From Octopus vulgaris (lineage: Eukaryota): 64,000 nt of DNA. The notes beneath the pieces were generated by a model, which made no database searches, was not told where the DNA came from, and saw nothing but the letters and a program-made list of their open reading frames with translations. Below, one piece after another: positions 10,886-24,617 of this stretch. Where the stretch lies: NCBI GenBank assembly GCA_951406725.2, contig OX597814.1, forward strand, positions 18,042,001-18,106,000, written 5' to 3'. Each line of letters opens with the position of its first letter. The stretch's first letter is position 1. The translations under genes and the position numbers were made by a program.

Positions 10886-12832
10886 TAATTTAAACACTTG
10901 TTGATTTAAATTTCCCGTTGGCACACAAGTTTAAATTTAGTGTGGTGGATTTTTGGGACCAATTACTTTGCAAGAGAAAAATAAACTAACTTCAGTAATG
11001 CGAAGTTTACATATTTTAGTGAAAAAAACATTGTAACATGGCCACTGGACTCATTTTCTCTCGCTTTTGCTGTTATAATATAATATACAATAGTTATCGA
11101 TGCCTATCAGGGATTTGTATTTAATTCGATATATTGGAGTCATAGCATTACAGAACGTAGTCATGTAAGCTAGTTTTCGCAGCTCACAACTCAACTGGGT
11201 TGACTTCATTTCCCAACTCGAATTTCAGAAAGATACCGGGTTACTGTTCCCGTATATACATTTCGGCACTAAAATTTAACTTTGTGCGTTACTTATATAA
11301 GAAAATAATCAGTTATTACCTAACAAAGTGTGATGTGTTAACTGAAAAATTACTGGAACAGATTCAACTCATCACAGCATTTATTTTCATCTCTCAACAT
11401 TCTTCGACCAAAAGGTGAAAGAATCGTCACAACTTGTATATTTTTCAAATTTCCATAAAATCACACCAATAACATCGTGACTTTATTGGAATCACCGCGT
11501 CCCTTTTCAAGAAATATTGATCTTGCAAGCTATGAGGTAGCTCCTCCGTAGGAAATTTCTCTCAAATCGTGCCCTACTATTTTACAAACGTGGCAACATA
11601 CGAAATATGAATGCCGGAAAAAAATATTAAAAGATGAGTCCCTCGTTATAAAGACTTCTTTGATCATAAACCTGCGTGTTCAAGGTTTACTGTTCAACAT
11701 CAGTAACTTACGTGTTTACGTAAGAACTCAATGATCATCTATATATAATTATTGTATATAAGGTGTGTATATAGTATTGTGATTCAGGATCTATGAGCTG
11801 CTTTCAAGTCAATGGTGGAACATGATTCACTTTAATCATGCTTGTATTATCTTTTAGAAAGACATTAATGTTATACGCTCTCATTCCCTTGTCCTATAAA
11901 GGTGTAACCTTGTGTCTATGTAGGAAATCAATAACTCTCCAATGATCACCATTCTATAGAAGTAAGCTGAACATTTCAATTTTTTGTTTTATTTTAAAGT
12001 TGCCTGATTCCACCTACACTCGCTATATGCCTTATGCTGGAGCTATTAATTAAGCTATGTTCTGAACCGCTGTCAGCTGAAATTTATCTGAAGCTATTTC
12101 AGGTTATATAAGAAATAAATACTTTCTCCATAATCCACTCCCATCCCCCTGGAGAAAATTTATCTATTCTTTCGTGATGAAGGAAGATGTATTAACCAAG
12201 AACAGCTTGACTTAGAGCAAATGAGTTCCCTCCTCTCGCTCCAGTAGAGATACCACATGCAGTGAGATTTTCAGCTTTCATCTTTAAACAATTTAAATTC
12301 ATCTATACGATCCGAGATCATTTGGTGAATGTGGATTGGAAGTAAGGTACTAGCAATTAGTTTAAGGGCTAATAGTTCTAAATTGAAATTCCTGCTAGCC
12401 GTAAGCAGTCGATTCACACATCCTTTCTATGTTCGATGAAGTATGAAGCAGTAACTTTCAAATCAAGAAAATACTAAAAAAAAAGAGAGAAAGTGAATTA
12501 TTATTGAGGGTTCAAATATTTAGCTCAGTCATATATAGCTTTATTTAAGAGAGATTAAGGAAAATGTTTAAAAATCAAGAAAAGTAGACAACCTACGAGG
12601 CACCCATTATACTATCGCTTAACTGCCTAAAAGTACAAGTCAAATTCTTCTCCTCGAATCACTTTAAATCCTTAACGAAAGAATAAAGTGATTAAAGAAT
12701 AGGCAGGGAAAGGTTGGAGCGACTTTCATTATAGCTTTGCTAAATCATTGCTACCTTGTACAAATAATAGTAATACTATAGAACTACTAATGTTAAATTG
12801 TTGCCGTTTAGTGTTATATTAGCTTTCATAGA

Positions 12833-13150
12833 ACAACCGATGCAGGCGTGTTTACGTCCCTGTAACTTAGCGGTTTGGCTAAAGAGACCGATAGAATAAC
12901 TACTAGGCTTACAAAAAATAAGTTCTGGGGTCGATTTGCTCGAGTAAAGGCGGTGCTCTAGCATGGTCGCATTCAAATGACTGAAACAAGTAAAAGAGTA
13001 AAAGAGTAAAGAGTTCAAATTCTACCGAGTTGGACTTTGTCTTTCACCCTTTCCGGTCGATAAAATAAATACCATTTGAACACTGGGTGTTGATATAATA
13101 GACCAACACCGTCCCTCAAAATTTCAGGCTTTGTGTTTATGATAAAAAGG
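12833..13150 (+). mobile_element. SINE family C 3' half followed by an older family D-like fragment
   Basis: gtttacgtccctgtaacttagcgg...gactgaaacaagtaaaagag then gagttcaaattctaccgag...tttcaccctttccggtcgataaaa. Confidence 0.75.
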
Positions 13151-13914
13151 ATTATTTTGTTGTTGTTGTTGTTCCACATGTGATCTCTGGAACGGAAAAA
13201 CTATAACTCCAAACCTATTTCAGTGACTATCGCATTTTTTACCGCAAGCATTTCATTTAGGTCTACATTATCAAATGTGCATCTTTTTGGTTTTTGTTTC
13301 GTAATCTGTAAAGACTACGTAGTGTACATTTGAGGATATTTGGCTGCTATTTTCAGCTTGCCGAGAGACCATAGTGAGTTACGCAGGTTCGTTTAATTTC
13401 TAGTTGTGGTTGTCGTTGTTATTTGTGTTGTTTTAGGATATCATTGATCGAACTGACAAATATCATACAGGCGTTCTAACTACAATCGTCTAATTATATT
13501 TTTAGATTTAATATATCTATTACGGCATGTGACTCCGAGTTGGCAAATTCATTAGCGTGCCGAACTGAATGCGTTAAAATATATTATTCAGGTACTTTGC
13601 GCTCTGAGTTCAGATCGTGTGGAGGTCAAAACTAACTTTCATCCCTTTCGGGGTTGATATATATAAAAGTAACATCCCGGGGCCAGTGATTGTCGGAACT
13701 GTAAAAACGCCGAATCGGATGTCCTGCAGTCTTTGTTCCGGCTCTTATCACTCTGAAGTTAAATCCTGCCATGGTTAACATACGTGGTAGATATAGCCCG
13801 TCGCCTAGGTTAGCACCACCTCTCATTCTTGCAAGCATTCGATCTGGTTTTCAGGTTCGAGGATATCTTCTTTCATTCACACCAGTTTCGGCACAGAACG
13901 AATTATGGACATCT

Positions 13915-14240
13915 TATTTCCTTATTGCTCAGAAGGGGCTAAACATAGAGGAAACAAACAGTCGACCTCGGTGGAATTTGAACTCAGAACGTAACGGCAG
14001 ACGAAATACCTATTTCTTTACTACCCACAAGGGGCTAAACATAGAGTGGACAAACAAGGACAGACAAAGGGATTAAGTCGATTACATCGACCCCAGTGCG
14101 TAACTGGTACTTAATTTATCGACCTCGAAAGGATGAAGAGTAAAGTTGACCTCGGCGGAATTTGAACTCAGACCGTAACGGCAGACGAAATACCGCTAAG
14201 CATTTCACCCGGCGTGCTAACGTTTCAACCAGTTCGCTGC
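13915..14240 (-). mobile_element. SINE family D, monomer plus deleted second unit
   Basis: Reverse complement of family D with the internal junction gaaatacctatttctttactaccc. Confidence 0.8.
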
Positions 14241-14289
14241 CTGTCTTCTTCTGGGGGTGAAAGATACAAAATAAATGAATCAATATCCC

Positions 14290-14660
14290 TTTTACCTTTC
14301 ACTTTTCTATTTGTTGCAGTGATTGGACAGCGGTCGTGGTGGGGCAAGAATTTTAGTTGAACAAACCGGCCCCAGTATTTATTTTTTTTAAGTCTAGTAC
14401 TTATCATATCGGTTTGTTTTGCCGAACTGCTAATTTTCGTAAATGTAAACAAACAAACACAGGTTGTCAAACGGTTGTGGGGAACAAACATAGACACACA
14501 CACATAAATGCTACGGGCTTCTTTGAATTTCCGTTTACTAAATCCTCTTTAATCAGCCCGAGGTAATAGCACATGGCAATTAGTCAAGGTGCCACGCAGT
14601 AGGACTGAACGCGGAACCATGTGGTTGGGTAGCAAACCTCTTATACCACACAGCCACACA
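14290..14660 (-). mobile_element. SINE family C, diverged
   Basis: tttgccgaactgctaa...ggtgccacgcagtaggactgaac..ggaaccatgtggttgg..accacacagcc. Confidence 0.75.
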
Positions 14661-14773
14661 CATATTCTTTCTTAAAAGATGACATGGTATGACTCGAGGG
14701 ACCGAGATTTTTTTTTCTCTTTCTAGAAGGTCGCTTCACTTACATACAAGCTCTTACAGGATACTTCATAAGG

Positions 14774-15158
14774 ATGGAAGCACTCCGTCGGTTACGACGA
14801 TGAGAGTTCCGGTTGATCCGAATCAACGGAACAGCCTGCTCGTGAAATTAACGTGTAAGTGGCTGAGCACTCCACAGACACGTGTACCCTTAACGTAGTT
14901 CTCGGGGATATTCAGCGTGACACAGAGAGTGACAAGGCCGGCCCTTTGAAATACAGGTACAACAGAAACAGGAAGTAAGAGTGAGAGAAAGTTGTGGTGA
15001 AAGAGTACAAGGGGGTCACCACCATTCCCTGCCGGAGCCTCGTGGATCTTTAGGTGTTTTCGCTCAATAAACACTCACAATGCCCGGTCTGGGAATCGAA
15101 ACCGCGATCCTATGACCACGAGTCCGCTGCCCTAACCACTGGGCCATTGCGCCTCCAC
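14774..15158 (-). mobile_element. SINE family A (tRNA-Arg(TCG)-like head), full length
   Basis: 11-bp TSD acttcataagg (14763-14773/15159-15169); near-identical to copies at 37298, 57029 and 62611. Confidence 0.92.
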
Positions 15159-15849
15159 ACTTCATAAGGTATATGGTATAACGTATAATTCTCGTTTGCA
15201 AAGGATAAATTCAAATATTTAAGCTTTCCAAACGTGATGTAGTTCCTCTCCTAATATATAGTTGCTTTCTCACTAACCCTTGTTATAGCAAATCAGTGAA
15301 CTGGTAAGGAATGAGTAGAAGAATGTCGCAGTGAAATTTTTCAGGATTGACGTGAAGACACGTAAAACGAAATGTTGAGAGCCGGATTGCACCTGTTGGC
15401 TGATGGGAGTTGAAGGGTGAGTGTAGGATATATATAGAAAAGGGGAAGGGAGAGATGAGGACGGAGACTAAAAGGGAGAGAGTGTGTCAGGAGAAGAGAG
15501 AGCGTAGGGAGGAGAGAGGGAGAGAGCATAAAGAGGAGAGAGAGAGAGCGTAAGGAGGAGAGAGAGAGAGCATAAAGAGGAGAGAGAGAGCGTAGGGAAA
15601 AGAGAGAGAGCATAAAGTCGACCTCGGCGGAATTTGAACTCACAACGTAACGGCAGCCGAAATACCGCTAAGCATTTCGCCCGGCGTCCTAACGTTTCTG
15701 CCAACTCGCCGAGTTTGATGATACCGTTATCGTTGTGTCTAAATTCATTACAGAACTGCAATGTGATCAGTTGTCGAATTTTAATATTTTATCTTCTTTT
15801 TCATTGCCGGGAATCCAGTAGGGATTTCGTTTATGCTATTCCCAGTATA

Positions 15850-16010
15850 CCAAGAACACTGCGAATTGGGTTAATGTCAGCCAGTTGACCGGTTTGTCTC
15901 TGGATGCAGTCTTAGATGCCAATGTGCGTAACAACACCCAACATACTAGTGGGCGCAATAATCGACCGTGGGACTTGCGACAGCCTTGTAGAATGTCAAC
16001 ATAGATACGT
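15850..16010 (-). mobile_element. L2/CR1-like RT C-terminal remnant
   Basis: SMLTFYKAVASPTVDYCAH resembles LLTLYKAxVRPxMEYCSH. Confidence 0.55.
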
Positions 16011-16021
16011 TGATACATACA

Positions 16022-16049
<28 letters not shown>

Positions 16050-16052
<3 letters not shown>

Positions 16053-16320
16053 GACCTTCGAAACGTGGAGTAGATGAAACAAATGCGACTGAAGAAGGGG
16101 AATTTTCCTTGTTTTGTATGTCCTGTACTCTATTTTTTCGTTGTTTAAGAAAAATGTCCATTTCCTTGGTTTTGTGTTTATGTTTTCGTTTCTCATTGTG
16201 TTCGACGTTTTTTTTTTGGTGTCCTGTACCCATATATGCATGTATATATACATGTAGAGGTAGGTACGTACATATATGTATGTATATATGCATATGTTTT
16301 ATTTATTTATTATTTTATTA
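16050..16320 (+). mobile_element. PLE-type terminal fragment (same family as 44010-44650)
   Basis: ccttcgaaacg..gagt..gaaac..actgaagaagggga...gtcctgtacccatatatgcatg shared between loci; ends in (TA)n. Confidence 0.6.
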
Positions 16321-16329
16321 ATTTATATA

Positions 16330-16381
<52 letters not shown>

Positions 16382-16396
16382 CATATATATATATAC

Positions 16397-16454
<58 letters not shown>

Positions 16455-16486
16455 TTTATTTTAAGCAGCAGAAAATTCAACAAAAT

Positions 16487-16524
16487 CTGTTACTCTGAGT
16501 TTCTCGTTGCCGTTCATCAGACAG
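16487..16524 (-). ncRNA. Minimal type I hammerhead ribozyme (PLE type)
   Basis: CUGU CUGAUGA ACG GCAA CGA GAAA CUC A GAG UA^ACAG; within a roughly 140-bp insert in (TA)n. Confidence 0.7.
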
Positions 16525-16591
16525 TTTTTGCTAGAAACTGGTATTTGAGTACTCTTTTTTCCACCTTGTTTCACATTTATGTGTTTACTCC

Positions 16592-16648
<57 letters not shown>

Positions 16649-17261
16649 CTATGTTTCTTCTCTCGCATTGCAAGAAAGTAAGAGAGGAAGAGAGGGAGAG
16701 ATGAGGATAAGCTTTTTGAGAATGAGAGAACAGTGACAGAGATTCAGTGAACGTAAGAGACCGTCAGAAATTCCAAAGAATCAAAGGCCAAGAGATACTT
16801 CGCCATTTATATGTTACTTACAAGGAAGACGTAATTAGACACGTCTCGCAAATTTCATTCCAGAAGGAATGCTTCGAAACCTTGCCGGATTAGCAGACGA
16901 AAATCAGGTGGGTCTTGAATTACATGCGGTAATCTTCGTTTAAGTACTTTGATGCTCTCAGAGAATGTAAAACAACTGTAATATTTACTGTGGCAAACCA
17001 AAAAAAAGAAAAAAATTGAAAAGGGGAAAAGGAAAGAATAATTTTGCGGTATTTCCAATAATCTATAATGAGCAATTAGTATCTTATCGCATAATCCGTT
17101 TGCTAATCCAGTATTAACTTATAAAGATTCAAACTCATGTTTCGATTTGTCTTCGTTTCTTTTTCTTTTCTTTCTTTTTTTTTCTTTTCTTCTCTGTTTC
17201 TTTGCTTTCACTTTCTCGTTTACATTATTTCTTATGCTTCGGAATACATGCATATGGTAAG

Positions 17262-17425
17262 AATCTTTTCTACTCTAAGCACAAGGCCCGAAATTTTGTG
17301 AGGGGTGGGGGCAGTCGATTAGATCGACTCCAGTACGCAACTGGTACGTAATTTATCGACCCCGAAAGGACGAAAGGTAAAGTCGACCGTGACGGAATTT
17401 GAACGTTTCTGCCAGCTCGCCGCCT
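17262..17425 (-). mobile_element. SINE family D variant with TSD
   Basis: catgcatatggtaagaat duplicated at about 17247-17264 and 17426-17443. Confidence 0.8.
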
Positions 17426-18130
17426 CATGCATATGGTAAGAATGAAAATGTGTTTCTCTGGGTATTCATGTTTCTCTCTCTCTCTCTTCTCTCCCTTTCT
17501 CCCTCTCCCTCCCTATCTCTCTCTCCTCTCTCCCCTCTCTCTCTCCTCTCTCCCCTCTCTCTCTCATCTCTCGCCTCTCTCTCTCCACTCTCTCCTCTAT
17601 CTCTCCCTCTCTGTACATAGGTATGATAGCTCATATAACTTGTCAGGAGAGCACACAAGTGTTCGTATACACTTTCGCATTCACCTAGCAAGCAATTAAC
17701 GAACCACTAGTCTATCTGAAATCTATGATGTGTTCATTGGACCGGCTCGAAAGACTTTCTGCAAACAGTTTTCTCCCAAATTATAGCCTACCATTTTAAA
17801 ACAGGAGGAACACATTAGATAGCGTTGTCTTTAAAAGTCTCTATGTCTTCAAATGAAAAGATAGGACAACCAAAAGTAAAATGGCTGTGACATTAAACTA
17901 ACTGAATCAGCATTGAGATGTATCTAAAACAACATCTAGATATCCCCAGTTAAAACGCGGATCTCTATATCAAACAAAATCATAATCTTTGCAAAGCGGC
18001 AGTGAGAATTATTTTCAAAAGATTATCTTCAACCTACGGGATGGGTATTTGAGATGCCCAGAAAACAGTGTAATAAAAACGTACATAAAGACAGACCGAT
18101 ATTTGAAACTATACTTGCATATAACATTCG

Positions 18131-18171
<41 letters not shown>

Positions 18172-18175
18172 CAAT

Positions 18176-18770
18176 GTACATTTAAACACATAAAAGATGG
18201 CCATAATTGGACATCTAACCCGCTAGAAGGAGTAGTTAAAATCCAAACCACTATTAGGGGTAATTTGGAAAGGGAATGAAAAATGAAAACATTTACTATC
18301 TATTTCCTGGGCCATAGTTTCAAGCTATCTTCAGTAAAGAAAGTAATTTGCTAGACGAGGCTCTCATCAGCAGGAAAGCCAAAGATTAATATATATGCCC
18401 GAGGCAATACAGAACATGCCTTGACCTTACATGTTATAATTTTTCAAATTCACCGCGCCAGCGCAGTTTTTCATTGGCAGTAAATAGAAATAATAGCAAT
18501 TTTCTTTCAAAATTTGTCAAAAAATTATTATTAATAAATTTCAGGGTAGCAAAATATTATTTAGAAATTTTTTACCACCGTCGCCTAGCTTGTAAAAAAA
18601 ACTAGTCAATAGACTATATATTATTCATTATATATACAGAGTACATTTAAACACATAAGAGATGGCCATAATCGGACACCTAACCCGCGAGAAGGAGTAG
18701 TTAAAATCCATCACTGTTAGGAGTAATTTCGAAAGGGAATGAAAAATAAAAACATTTACCATCTAATTCA
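18176..18770 (-). mobile_element. pLTR/retrozyme-like unit, 465-bp period, one HHR
   Basis: 18176-18302 repeated at 18641-18765; HHR at 18303-18377. Confidence 0.75.
18303..18377 (-). ncRNA. Type I hammerhead ribozyme with a mutated cleavage triplet
   Basis: UUUCCUG CUGAUGA GAGC..(34 nt)..GCUU GAAAC UAUG GCC CAGGAAA; 7-bp stem I, GCC instead of GUC. Confidence 0.65.
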
Positions 18771-19528
18771 CTCTCACTCCTCTTGAAATTGATTAATTAA
18801 CACGTACTCCATAAAAATGTATTGATTTATATTTCAGTCCATTTAATCGATCTAAAATTGATGACGGTCAAATTTCACATCAGTTGAATTTGAAATAAGG
18901 ACGTAAACGGAACAGCGAAATGAAATTGAACCAATCATATTTTTTTAAATTGACACTTATTGTATCAACAGAAGGAAAATGGCGGTCAAAATTCACCCTG
19001 GCAGGATATGAAATCGGAATATAACGAACAGATCGTAACGAAAAAACTACAATGTATTTCTGTCGATTCTAGACACTAACCGTCATGCTTTGTTAAAATG
19101 TTAATAAAAATAACAGACAGAAAAAATCATAAATAGATAAAACTACTACAAAAGTTTTTTTTTTTTAAATCACCTTTAATCGCTCTCCCTCGTCTATCCG
19201 TATAAATAACGATTTCATTGAAAAAGGAAATGCTGGAAGGCAAGTCAGCAAATTGTATTACTGATCATTTGAAAGAGAGTCTTAAGAGCCACTCCTGTAT
19301 ATATTTGATGAAGGATTCTTCTTATTTTACAACACGTCGTCTATATTCACTTTGGTAAACTCCTTGCGTATAAAGTAAGGTTCACCAAGTACATAACATT
19401 CGTCCTCTATTTATATTACAACCCCACCCCCCGAAAAAAAAGTAGTTTCTTCAAAATGTTTATAAGCCGTCACACGCTTATATGTGTATGTATCGATATA
19501 CGTACGTGTGTGAGTGTGTGGGGCTTTT

Positions 19529-19570
<42 letters not shown>

Positions 19571-19881
19571 GAGGGAGTGAAGGAGAGAGAGAGAGAAGGA
19601 GAAAGAGAAGGAGAGAGAGAGAGAGACTCTGTGTGTGTGTGTGTGTGTGTGTGTACCTAAGCACACGCACGTACATACTGCTAATATCGTGTGGGGTGTC
19701 CTGTGAGAGGAAAGAAACTGGTTTTGACATTTAGTGAAGATTTAATCAGAGTGATAGTAAGAGGTAAACAAAGTGAAAGCAGGGGAATAATGTGTGGGGG
19801 TGTACTTATGCGTGTTGGGGAGAGGAAAACAAACAGTTACAATTTGTTTAAATATATTGTTAGGACAAGATACTTGAAGAG

Positions 19882-19946
<65 letters not shown>

Positions 19947-20119
19947 AATAATCGGTCAGATCCAGAGAAAGACATAAGCTAACAAATAGTAGAAACGGAA
20001 GCACATACATACATACATACATACATACATACAAAGGGAAAAAAGTAGAAATGATCCTGAGACGGTTATGATCACCAGTATGGTGATGATTATATTTCTC
20101 TGTATGTAATATAGGGGTC

Positions 20120-20159
<40 letters not shown>

Positions 20160-20229
20160 GAACCCAGAAATCGAAAACAGAGAGTTGCTTATTTGCAAAA
20201 AAAAAAAAAAAAAAAAAGAAATATAAAAT

Positions 20230-20564
20230 GTGACTTCATTGACCGAGGTTACCGTGGTCTTTTCCGTAGGCTTTTCTTTCCACGGGTAAACCTCACCTGT
20301 CCTCCCCTTTACACTTCATATTGACATTTCTGTGATAACGATCCCTATTGATCAATTTTTTTTTTTTTTTTTTTTTTTTTCTTCCTCTCCCCCTTTTTTT
20401 AACCCCCCTTTTTTTGTCCTCCTTCTCTCCTTTTACGATCCCTTTTGATCGAAACTCCCCCTTACTTTTTTTTTTTTTTTTTTTTTTTTAAACATTCAAA
20501 AGAAAAGCTCTACCTTGTAACTTGTTCTATCTGTGTGCAGCCCTGTGTGGCTAATAAAGAAACA

Positions 20565-20565
<1 letters not shown>
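20230..20565 (+). mobile_element. Probable non-LTR retroelement 3' UTR ending in (ATCT)n
   Basis: Pyrimidine-rich UTR, ...gcagccctgtgtggctAATAAAgaaac then simple-repeat tail; clade not determined. Confidence 0.4.
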
Positions 20566-20630
<65 letters not shown>

Positions 20631-20631
20631 C

Positions 20632-20706
<75 letters not shown>

Positions 20707-20796
20707 AACCTACACACACATATATATAAGTAAAAAAAAATAATGAGTGCGTACGTTACATAAATAATATATTCAGGATTAAATAAAAAGACAACG

Positions 20797-20867
<71 letters not shown>

Positions 20868-21009
20868 TATTATGTTATATTATATTAATATTATGTTATA
20901 TTAGATTATATTATATCATATTATATTATATTATATCATACTATATTATATATCATATATTATATATTATATTATATTATATTATATTATAACATATTTA
21001 TTACATTAT

Positions 21010-21965
21010 ATCATATTAGAAGGAAAAGTATAACAAAAACCAAGGCAGGATAGGTATCTTAAGTCATTTAGAATATTTAATGAGGTCAACTTTGTCTTTC
21101 GTCATTTCCGGGTCGATCGATTGGCCCCTCCCCAAAAATTTCGGGCCTTGTGCTTAGAGTAGAAAAGAATATTTAAGAAGGGAATTTGAAGTCTTGTAAC
21201 TGTTTCTGAGATATCCCAAGTGATAGGCTAGCATGTCTGTACTCTGGGTATTTCGTCATCAGAGACAAGGTGGGTATGCATGAAAGATCTAGACAGGGAA
21301 ATTCACAGTTTTTAAGGAATAATATAATGAATAAAATAATAGATAGAAGAAGACAGACGGTGAATAAAGATCACAGATCATCTTCGTCCACAAGGAGGGT
21401 TTTAAGGTTGGTCCGTACTTCCGTGAATGCATCGGCCCTTAGGTATAATCCCAGGTAAACCAAATCAGTATTTTGACAGTATTTTGAATGTTTCGTTCAT
21501 GTTGAAGCAATAGAATTTTTAGGTTGTCAGCTAGTATGAAAATGGTCCATGTGGGTATACAGAGTGAGAAAGACATACATCATGATAGACAGATATGGGC
21601 TGCGAGGGAGTGAAGTATTTCACAGAAGTACGAACCAACCTCCATAACCTCTGGAAGAAAGTGAGCTGTGAACTTTATTTTTCCTGTCTATATTCTACTA
21701 TTTACTGCATTATTCTCCTATATTCTATTTTATTCATTATTTTTTTCCTTATAGACTGTGAATTTCCTTGTCTAGTTCTTTTATACATACCCACCTTGTT
21801 TCTGATGACGGAATACCCAGTGCACGGATATGCTAGCCTATCACTTGAGATATCCCAGCTGTAAAACTTCAAATTCACCTTACTCAAACTAAATATTCTA
21901 AATGACTTGAGATACTTGTCCTGCCTTGGTTTTTTTTGTTTGTTCTTTTCCCTCTAATATAATAT
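21010..21965. repeat. About 950-bp fold-back of two inverted PLE-type terminal repeats, SINE fragment in the left arm
   Basis: 21010-21440 is the reverse complement of 21595-21965; insert 21081-21165 has TSD agaatatttaa; decayed HHRs at 21191-21266(-) and 21798-21867(+). Confidence 0.85.
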
Positions 21966-22119
21966 ATACCTGCTAACTCGGAGGCCTAATACGGATCCCT
22001 AGCACCAGCCTGAGTCGTGAACCTGGAACCTAACGGATAACCAATTATAGCACTTATTCAGCGTACCTGTTCGTTTAGATCACCAGCGAACTAAATCCTC
22101 AATAGTCTATGTGTGTGTA

Positions 22120-22162
<43 letters not shown>

Positions 22163-22679
22163 ATGTTATAATAAAAAAAAATTAATTTAATTTTAAACTA
22201 ATGGAGTACTCAATTCATTTAATAGTGTACAAAGCTATTATACTTTAGCGAGTTATAATGTTGAGAGTGACTTCGAAGTTTCGGCTATCTGTCTGTGGCG
22301 GGTTTGAGTTCCTCTCGAATCATATAATATCCGTTAAGCTTAAATCTTGTAAGGCACGGTCAATATACACACACACGCACACACACATATGACTATTTAT
22401 GTATCTATCTATTTACCTACATGTGTGTGTGCGTGTGTGTGTGTGTATGTGTGTGTGTGTGTACTCAATGTATTCTAGATCATGGATTAGTTGACCGAAG
22501 CTTTGGAATTACTATCGATATTAATCTTGTTAAAGATTAATAATTTGTACTTTTAGCTGAACATAAAAAACAAAAATTAATATATATATATCTGAATATA
22601 TGTGTCTGTGTATACCTCAGTATATATGTGTATGTATGTATGTATGCCTGTAATTACATGTACATATTATAGTCGAGAT

Positions 22680-22964
<285 letters not shown>

Positions 22965-23278
22965 GGGAGAGAGAGAGAGAGGAGGGAGACAGAGTGAGAG
23001 ATCAAGCTAATCCAATCTTCGTTGTCCCACTCATGGACTTTTTCTACTTGTTTCTGTTAGTTGTGTTATTTGAACATCTGGCGCAGAATAACCTTTTGAA
23101 AATTCGTTCGAGTTCTTTATATATATAATTATGAGAAGTCTTTACTACTTATTTCGCTTTTTACCCACCTTCGTTTCGTGTACGGTCTTCCCGCTTGGAA
23201 GCTGGGACAAATGTTTGTAATAGCTTTGGCTTGACCAATTCGTTTGTGAATGAATTTTGTGATAGAAAACTGCAAAAT

Positions 23279-23457
23279 AGTAGTAGGAGCACTCCGTCGG
23301 TTACGACGATGAGGGTCCCAGCTGATACGATCAACGGAACAGCTTGCTCGTGAAATTAACGTGTACGTGGCTGAGCATTCCACTGACACATGTACCCTGA
23401 ACGTACCCTACGACCGCGAGTCCGCTGCCCTAACCACTGGGCCATTGCGCCTCCACT
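23279..23457 (-). mobile_element. SINE family A, internally deleted, nested in an old family C copy
   Basis: Head and tail joined; TSD aaactgcaaaa. Confidence 0.85.
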
Positions 23458-23557
23458 AAACTGCAAAAACCCACCACATATGTATACGTTTATGGCTGTT
23501 TCAGTGAAAATCGATGCATTGAACTAAAATTTCTCTTTTGATATTTGTTACGTAATT

Positions 23558-24035
23558 AAGGCTGCGGGTTGACAGAATCGTTAGCAGGACGGACAAAATA
23601 CATAGCGGCATTTCGTCCGGCTTTGCGTTCTGAGTTCAAATTCCTCCGCGGTCTATTATGACCTTGTGGAGGCGCGCGGCTTAGTAGTTAGGGTGTTGGA
23701 CTTCTGATGTAAGTTTGTAGTTTCGATTCCTGGACCGGGCGACGCTTTGTATTCTTGAGCAAGACACTTCATTTCATGTTGCTCCAGTTCACTCATCTGG
23801 TAAGAATGAGTAATCTTGCGACAGATCGGCTTCCCATCCTGGTGGGGAATTTATACTCCATAGAAACCAGGAAAACGGCCTTTATGAGTCGGCATAACTC
23901 GAGAAAGTAACCTTACCTTTTTTTTACTAACTTTCATGACTTTCATCATTTAGAGGTGGATAAAATACCGGGGCCGATGTATTCGACTTACTCCTTACCT
24001 CGAAAATGCCGGCCTTGTACCGAAATTTGAAACCG
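23558..24035 (+). mobile_element. Old family D-like SINE interrupted by a family B-like SINE (about 23666-23920)
   Basis: aaggctgcgggttgacagaatcgttagc..gagttcaaattcc | gtggaggcgcgcggcttagtagttagg...agaaaccaggaaaacggcc | tttcatcatttagaggtggataaaa. Confidence 0.7.
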
Positions 24036-24561
24036 ATGTTAGTTACGTCATTTTATTCGAAAGCAGGACATTTCTATTCGAAGGAAATCGGAGTAGGGCT
24101 CAGAATGTAATAGGACAGAACTGCAAAGAATTTTACCCAGTCATCTGCCAATCCATATGAATAATGATGAAGACTCGGCACTTCTCGTTTCCATAGGGAC
24201 TATCAATCAACTTGATGTCTCTTTTTTTTTTATTATTATTATCGTATATGTATCTCTAGGGGTCAGAAACGTTTTCCCCTCATGAGTATATCAATACATC
24301 ATTTTAGATAGTAGTACATTGACTGTGACAGATATGTAGGTCCAACAGTATGGCTTATCTGAGGTAACATCTGCTAAAAAATTACGACCCATAACTGACA
24401 AACTACTGATAAAATTATGGCAGAGGCAGTGAATGAGTGAACGAAGGAGAACGATAGAAAGAAAGTCAGTGAGAAAGAGAAGAAAGAAGAATATGTTTGC
24501 GTATGTAGGGAGGGATGTATATTTGCATGTTCGTGCATATGTGTGCGTGTATGTGTATGAG

Positions 24562-24617
<56 letters not shown>

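Noticed and set aside
16822-16976. Minus-strand segment between tacag and gtaagt
   Set aside because: Stops in all three frames; at most a non-coding exon
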